This document shows positions 59,188 through 64,000 of a stretch of DNA of 64,000 bases, piece by piece (within the stretch, counting starts at the first letter, position 1; each line of letters starts with the position of its first letter). The DNA comes from an uncultured Sutterella sp. GTDB lineage: Bacteria; Pseudomonadota; Gammaproteobacteria; Burkholderiales; Burkholderiaceae_F. Both the position numbers and the translations under genes were made by a program. The stretch lies in contig CABMQD010000001.1 in the NCBI GenBank assembly GCA_902388655.1, positions 11,728 to 75,727 of the forward strand. Direction: 5' to 3'. Below the pieces are notes generated by a model that ran no database searches, had not been told where the DNA came from, and saw only the letters and a list, made by a program, of their open reading frames with translations.

Positions 59188-60357
59188 ATGAAGGAAGAAA
59201 CTATACTGGTCCATGCCGGACGCCATATTTCAGATGATTACGATTTCGTCAATCCTCCGGTGATTCGCGCCTCAACCGTTTTGCACCGTTCTACCCAGGA
59301 CATGATGGATCGGGCAATGCACGAACGCGACATGATTGAAGACAAAATTCCTTATGGCACTTACGGCACGCCGACGCATCAGGCCTTTTACAAAGCGCTT
59401 TGCGCTCTTGAAGGAGAAAAAGCAGTAGGCGCCTGGGCCTTTCCTTCCGGACTCGCCGCCTGCACTGTCCCACTGCTCGCATTTTTAAAGGCCGGCGACC
59501 ACGCTCTATTTATCGATACGATTTATGGTCCGACCCGTGAATTTGCTGAAGAGATTCTTCAACGCATGGGCATTGAAGTCGAGTTTTTCTCTCCGTCTAT
59601 CGGGGCGGACATTGTCAAATTATTTAAACCGAACACCACGCTTTTAATGTTGGAGACTCCCGGATCGCACACTTTCGAGATGCCGGATGTGCCCGCCATT
59701 GCCCAAGCCTGCCAAAAGCATAATGTTGTCAGCGTCATTGACAACACTTGGGCCACTCCGCTTTACTTCAAACCGCTTGATGCGGGCATCGATGTTGTCA
59801 TCCACGCGGCCACCAAATACATCGGCGGTCACTCCGATCTCACCATGGGCGTTGTGATTTGCAACGCCAAAACCTGGCCTCGGGCGTATCGCACGATTGT
59901 TCAGACCGGGCAAACCACAAGCTGTGATGATATCTATTTGGCCTACCGCGGTTTGCATACGATGACCTGTCGCCTGAAGACGGCTTCGGAAAATGCCAAA
60001 AAGATTGTGGATTGGCTCTTGACTCGAAATGAAGTCGAGCGAGTCTTATATCCCGCGCTTCCTTCCGATCCTTCCTATCCTATTTGGAAGCGAGATTTCA
60101 AAGGGGCGTCCTCTCTGTTCGGTGTCATGTTCAAGGATCGCTATGCCGGAAAGCTCGCGCCGATGATTGATGCATTAAAACTTTTCGGACGCGGCTACTC
60201 CTGGGGTGGATTTGAAAGTCTGCTGATTCAAAGTTATGGCACACGATCACAATGCCCGATGCCTTTTGAACGAATGATCCGTATTGCCGTAGGTCTGGAA
60301 AATCCCGACGATCTTATTGAAGACCTGAAACAAGCTTTTGAAAAGTTGCCTCGTTAA
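59188..60357 (+). CDS. metC: Cystathionine beta-lyase (PLP-dependent, Cys/Met metabolism family)
   Basis: 389 aa. Lysine-containing PLP motif region (ATKYIGGHSDL). MetC-like N-terminus. Confidence 0.8.
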   Translation: MKEETILVHAGRHISDDYDFVNPPVIRASTVLHRSTQDMMDRAMHERDMIEDKIPYGTYGTPTHQAFYKALCALEGEKAVGAWAFPSGLAACTVPLLAFLKAGDHALFIDTIYGPTREFAEEILQRMGIEVEFFSPSIGADIVKLFKPNTTLLMLETPGSHTFEMPDVPAIAQACQKHNVVSVIDNTWATPLYFKPLDAGIDVVIHAATKYIGGHSDLTMGVVICNAKTWPRAYRTIVQTGQTTSCDDIYLAYRGLHTMTCRLKTASENAKKIVDWLLTRNEVERVLYPALPSDPSYPIWKRDFKGASSLFGVMFKDRYAGKLAPMIDALKLFGRGYSWGGFESLLIQSYGTRSQCPMPFERMIRIAVGLENPDDLIEDLKQAFEKLPR

Positions 60358-60387
60358 TAAGCAAAGACTTTTCGAGTTTTTTCTTCA

Positions 60388-60424
60388 AAATCGGCGCCAC
60401 TTGGGCGCCGGTTCTGTCTTTTGT
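60388..60424. terminator. Bidirectional terminator between metC and hemN (CGGCGCC-acttg-GGCGCCG)
   Basis: 7-bp GC stem with T-rich tracts on both sides. Confidence 0.6.
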
Positions 60425-60431
60425 TTGGCAA

Positions 60432-61826
60432 TTAAGCAATCTTCGAGTAACCGCCCGCACGGTCAGACTCTCTCAGATAACGGTCAAATTGCATCGCCAC
60501 CGCGCGCACAAAAATCTTGCCTTTGGGACTGACGACGATTTCATCGGGAGTGAGCTCCACAAATCCCACTTTTTGGTAGTTTTGCAATTTTCTTAATTCA
60601 TAAGCGAACGTTTCATCAAAATGAATGCCGAAACGCGCTTCGATCTCTGCCTTAACCACTCTGAACTGACACATGATCGTCATGATGACCGCGTGACGGA
60701 GCTGGTCTTCAAGACTTAACTTGTAGCCGCGGTTTGTCGCCAGATGACCGGCACGGATTGCTTCATAATAAGCAGACAATTCGCGCGGATTACAAGCGTA
60801 GCAATGATTCACATTGCTGATCGCTGAGACGCCGAGCGCCACCATGTCACAATCGGGACGGGTGGAATAGCCCTGAAAATTGCGCTGCAGCTTGCCTTGC
60901 CGTTGAGCAATAGCCAATTCGTCCGTTATTTTGGCGAAATGATCCATGCCGATATAGCGATACCCGTTTTCAGTCAATCGGGTGATCGCATCCATCATGA
61001 TGTGCACCTTCTCGACCGTGCCCGGCAAATCCGCATCCAAAATTCTGCGCTGAGGCGGGAAATGATGCGGCAAGTGAGCGTAGTGATAAAGCGCGATTCG
61101 ATCCGGAGACAATTCCAAAACCTGATCGAGCGTTTTCTCAAAGCTCTTTCGGGTCTGCTTCGGCAAACCGTAGATCAAATCCATATTGATCGAATGAAAT
61201 CCCGCTTCACGAGCGGCTAGCATCGTATCGCGCGTCATCTCGAAGGGCTGAATACGGTTGACCGCTTTCTGCACGTCGGGATTGAAGTCCTGCACGCCGC
61301 AGCTCATACGGTTTAATCCCACTTTGGCCAGTGTTTGAACTTTATCGGGCGGACAGGTTCTGGGATCCACTTCAATGGAAAACTCACCGCCCTCTTCCAA
61401 CGGAAAACGACTCGTAATGAGTGACATCACGCGTTCAATTTCCTCATTATTTAAGAATGTGGGTGAGCCACCGCCGAAATGCAGTTGACTCACGGTGGTC
61501 TTTCCCGTGATTTTTGCTTTCACCAAATCCATTTCGCTCTCAAGCACGTCAAGGTACTCGGCGCTCTTGCTGTGATCACGGGTCACCTGCTTATTGCAAC
61601 CGCAATAAAAACAAACGTCATTGCAAAACGGAATGTGCACATAGAGACTTAACGGTTTTTCAGCGTCTCGAGTCCTCAAAGCCTCTTCATAATCGGCCAC
61701 CCCGAAATTCTTGTTAAAGCGGTCCGCGGTCGGATACGACGTATAGCGGGGCGCAGGCACGTCAAACTTTTGAAGCAGTTCAATCGACGGCAATTCCACA
61801 CCAGTTAAATTCGGGTCTGTCAACAT
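60432..61826 (-). CDS. hemN: Oxygen-independent coproporphyrinogen III oxidase (radical SAM)
   Basis: CNDVCFYCGC radical-SAM cluster motif. 464 aa. HemN-typical sequence. Confidence 0.9.
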   Translation of the reverse strand: MLTDPNLTGVELPSIELLQKFDVPAPRYTSYPTADRFNKNFGVADYEEALRTRDAEKPLSLYVHIPFCNDVCFYCGCNKQVTRDHSKSAEYLDVLESEMDLVKAKITGKTTVSQLHFGGGSPTFLNNEEIERVMSLITSRFPLEEGGEFSIEVDPRTCPPDKVQTLAKVGLNRMSCGVQDFNPDVQKAVNRIQPFEMTRDTMLAAREAGFHSINMDLIYGLPKQTRKSFEKTLDQVLELSPDRIALYHYAHLPHHFPPQRRILDADLPGTVEKVHIMMDAITRLTENGYRYIGMDHFAKITDELAIAQRQGKLQRNFQGYSTRPDCDMVALGVSAISNVNHCYACNPRELSAYYEAIRAGHLATNRGYKLSLEDQLRHAVIMTIMCQFRVVKAEIEARFGIHFDETFAYELRKLQNYQKVGFVELTPDEIVVSPKGKIFVRAVAMQFDRYLRESDRAGGYSKIA

Positions 61827-61891
61827 GGGTTTTTCCTAAATTCCAGCAGTTTGATTTAAATTAAACTTCTGATATCATTTCACAATCTGAC

Positions 61892-61907
61892 TTTGACGCA
61901 AGTCAAA
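61892..61907. promoter_or_regulatory. FNR-type palindrome TTTGAC-GCAA-GTCAAA in the hemN-fnr divergent region
   Basis: Perfect inverted repeat about 66-81 bp upstream of the hemN start and about 130 bp upstream of the fnr start. Confidence 0.5.
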
Positions 61908-62033
61908 AGTCAAACGATAACAGCGGCAACGTTCACATTGTGCACGGGAATTATTACAGCAAACTGAAAAGGTTTGTACAGTTCCGGTGCCGTCTGTTTC
62001 AATTGTTTTGATCAAATTTATAGATTGGCATTC

Positions 62034-62789
62034 ATGTCGACTTTGTCACCGAATATCTCAGCCGTTCCGTCTCTCCGAGTCAGTTGCTCGCACTGCAACC
62101 TTCGTGAACATTGCGTTCCGCTCGGCCTGTCGTTGCGCGACATTGATCGTTTGGAAGATTTGATTGCATCTCGCAAACGTATTCATCGCGGTGAACCCTT
62201 GTTTCGAGCCGGCGACCGATTTGAAGCGATCTACGCCATCCGTTTGGGCTTTTTAAAAAGCTCCGTGATGAGCAGTGACGGTCGCGAACAGGTGACCAAT
62301 TTCCATATGTCCGGTGAGTTGGTCGGCTTAGACGGCATTGCCAACGAAGTGCACTCATGCGATGTGATTGCGCTTGAAGACACCGAAGTGTGTGTCATTC
62401 CCTATGAACGCATCCTCGCTGCCTGCTCTGAAATTGAAGATTACAACCTGCACTTTCAAAAAGTGCTTTCGCGTGAAATTGTGCGTCAACACGGCCTAAT
62501 GCTCCTGTTGGGCTCAATGCACGCCGAAGAGCGCCTCGCCGCGTTCCTTTTAAACCTCTCTCAACGCTTTGAATCCCGCGGTTACTCCCGGACCGAATTC
62601 GTGCTGCGCATGACGCGCGCGGAAATCGGCTCCTACCTCGGTCTCAAGTTGGAAACCGTCAGCCGCGTCTTATCCCGTTTCTCGCACGACAACCTCATCT
62701 CCGTGAACCAAAAACACGTTCACATCATTGACGCCGATGGTCTTCGTGCGATTGTTTCCGGTCAAAATTCGGAAATTGAACAAGAGTAG
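62034..62789 (+). CDS. fnr: Fumarate/nitrate reduction transcriptional regulator FNR (oxygen-sensing, [4Fe-4S])
   Basis: N-terminal C-x2-C-x5-C cluster plus a central Cys. CRP/FNR cNMP-binding fold. C-terminal HTH (ETVSRVLSRF). 251 aa with the start at MSTLSPN. Confidence 0.9.
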   Translation: MSTLSPNISAVPSLRVSCSHCNLREHCVPLGLSLRDIDRLEDLIASRKRIHRGEPLFRAGDRFEAIYAIRLGFLKSSVMSSDGREQVTNFHMSGELVGLDGIANEVHSCDVIALEDTEVCVIPYERILAACSEIEDYNLHFQKVLSREIVRQHGLMLLLGSMHAEERLAAFLLNLSQRFESRGYSRTEFVLRMTRAEIGSYLGLKLETVSRVLSRFSHDNLISVNQKHVHIIDADGLRAIVSGQNSEIEQE

Positions 62790-62801
62790 GAAGAGGTTTT
62801 T

Positions 62802-64000
62802 CTTGAACACCTTCAAGCACCTGGCCATTGTCATTGCCGGGCTCGGATGGTCTCTGAGCGCGACGGCCTCAGATTATGTGGATCTGCTCGCTGACCTTCC
62901 GATTGAAGATGAACTGGTCAAAGCCGTTGAGCTTCGTGAAGCGCAGCGTACACGCGTCAATCCTGATGACACCATTTGGGTGACGATTCGCCGCGGATTC
63001 GGCTTGGCAGATCTGCCCGATGACGTTGTGGACAAAGAACTGCAACGCTACACCAAGGCCCTGCCCTACACCGAACAGATGGCGTTTCGGGCGCGAATGT
63101 ACCTCTACTTTATCGTCTCCGAAACGCAAAAAAGAGGAATGCCCACGGAATTGGCGCTGCTGCCTTTTGTTGAAAGCGCCTTTCAACCCGAGGCTCTATC
63201 CCGATCAAAAGCCGCCGGTCTTTGGCAATTTCTGCCGTCCACCGGCGATATTTTTGATTTAAGACAGTCCAGTTGGCGTGACGACCGACTCGATGTGGTG
63301 GAAAGCACCCGAGCCGCGCTCGACTATCTCCAATACCTTCATAATCAGTTTGAAGACTGGCATTTGGCCCTGGCCGCTTATAACTGCGGCGAAGGTTTTA
63401 TCCGCAGAGCGGTCGCGGCCAATAAAGCCAAAGGTAAAGCCGCCGACTTTATGAGTTTGCCGCTTCCGGCAGAAACCGCACGTTACGTACCGAAACTGCT
63501 TGCCATCAAAAAACTGATTGAAAATCCTCAGCAATATGACCTCAAACTGCCCTCCATCGCCAACGAGCCATATTTCGTCCGCGTCAATAAGAACCGTGAC
63601 CTCGATCTGGAAACCGCGGCGCAATTGGCAGAAACCGATTTACAGGAATTCCGACTCTTAAATCCGAGCTTTAACCGCCCGGTCGTTGTCGCTGCTCACC
63701 AAGGCTCCATTCTTATTCCGGCGGCCAAAGCCGATGCCTTTGTCTCCAATCTCATCAATTGGCAGGCTACCGGCAAGCCTCTTTCCAACTGGTCCACGCA
63801 CACAATCAAAAAAGGCGAATCGCTTAAATCCATCGCGAAGCGCTATAACATGACCGAAGATGAGTTGCGGGCGGCCAACAAGATTCCGAAAAACCGCCGT
63901 GTGCAGATCGGCAGCACCATTTTGGTCAAAGACCCCCACGCGACCCAAGACATCCAAGTCACGGAAGCGGATTCAGCCATGCGTCTTGTGCCTCTGCCCA
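62802..64000 (+). CDS. mltD: Membrane-bound lytic murein transglycosylase D (partial, continues past the window end)
   Basis: TTG start with a GAAGAGG RBS. Lipoprotein-like signal. SLT catalytic region (LPFVESAF...GLWQF...AYNCGEG). LysM repeat begins HTIKKGESLKSIAKRY. Confidence 0.75.

Noticed and set aside
1-64000. tRNA/rRNA genes, transposases, integrases, restriction-modification or Cas genes
   Set aside because: None recognised by eye in any frame. In particular no GGTTCGA(A/T)TCC-type T-arm motifs were noticed near the island boundaries.

Overview
This ~64 kb window reads as a bacterial chromosomal segment, probably gammaproteobacterial. Three things suggest that: the histidine operon has the enteric hisG-D-C-B-H-A-F-IE order with a bifunctional hisB and a fused hisIE; trxA sits immediately upstream of rho; and fnr lies next to hemN. 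GC is roughly 50% across most of the window; the HGT/foreign-origin calls below rest on GC contrasts estimated by eye. No tRNA, rRNA, CRISPR array, transposase or integrase was recognised by eye.

The window is dense with housekeeping genes. In order: an OmpR-type two-component system, fabI, trxA, rho, rpmE2 (type B L31), miaA, mutL, pgk, dxs, ispA, xseB, ogt, thiC behind a TPP riboswitch, the complete his operon with an attenuator hairpin, a dcuC-iadA-DSD1 cluster, polA, alaS, metC, hemN, fnr and the start of mltD.

Five things stand out from that background:
1. An uninterrupted 958-codon ORF in which dxs runs in-frame, with no stop codon, into a full-length murB.
2. A small foreign island at about 9.5-11.5 kb. 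It holds a frameshifted mobC mobilisation gene, an array of iteron/oriT-like direct and inverted repeats, and a very AT-rich P-loop kinase, followed by dps.
3. A phosphate/metal-associated periplasmic cluster at about 49-56 kb: phoA with an N-terminal extra domain behind a 3-repeat Pho-box-like element, a translationally coupled DUF3299-ABC-FtsX operon, a Tat-exported HD-domain phosphohydrolase, and two conserved envelope proteins of unknown function.
4. An ArnT-like GT-C glycosyltransferase translationally coupled to a MATE/MOP transporter.
5. A 3'-truncated remnant of a DUF4143/COG1373 ATPase gene.

Several candidate regulatory elements are also flagged: FNR-type palindromes, a 15-bp perfect inverted repeat, a candidate small RNA, and rho-independent terminators. 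Every product call is a manual motif or memory-based comparison of the translated ORFs; no database search was run.
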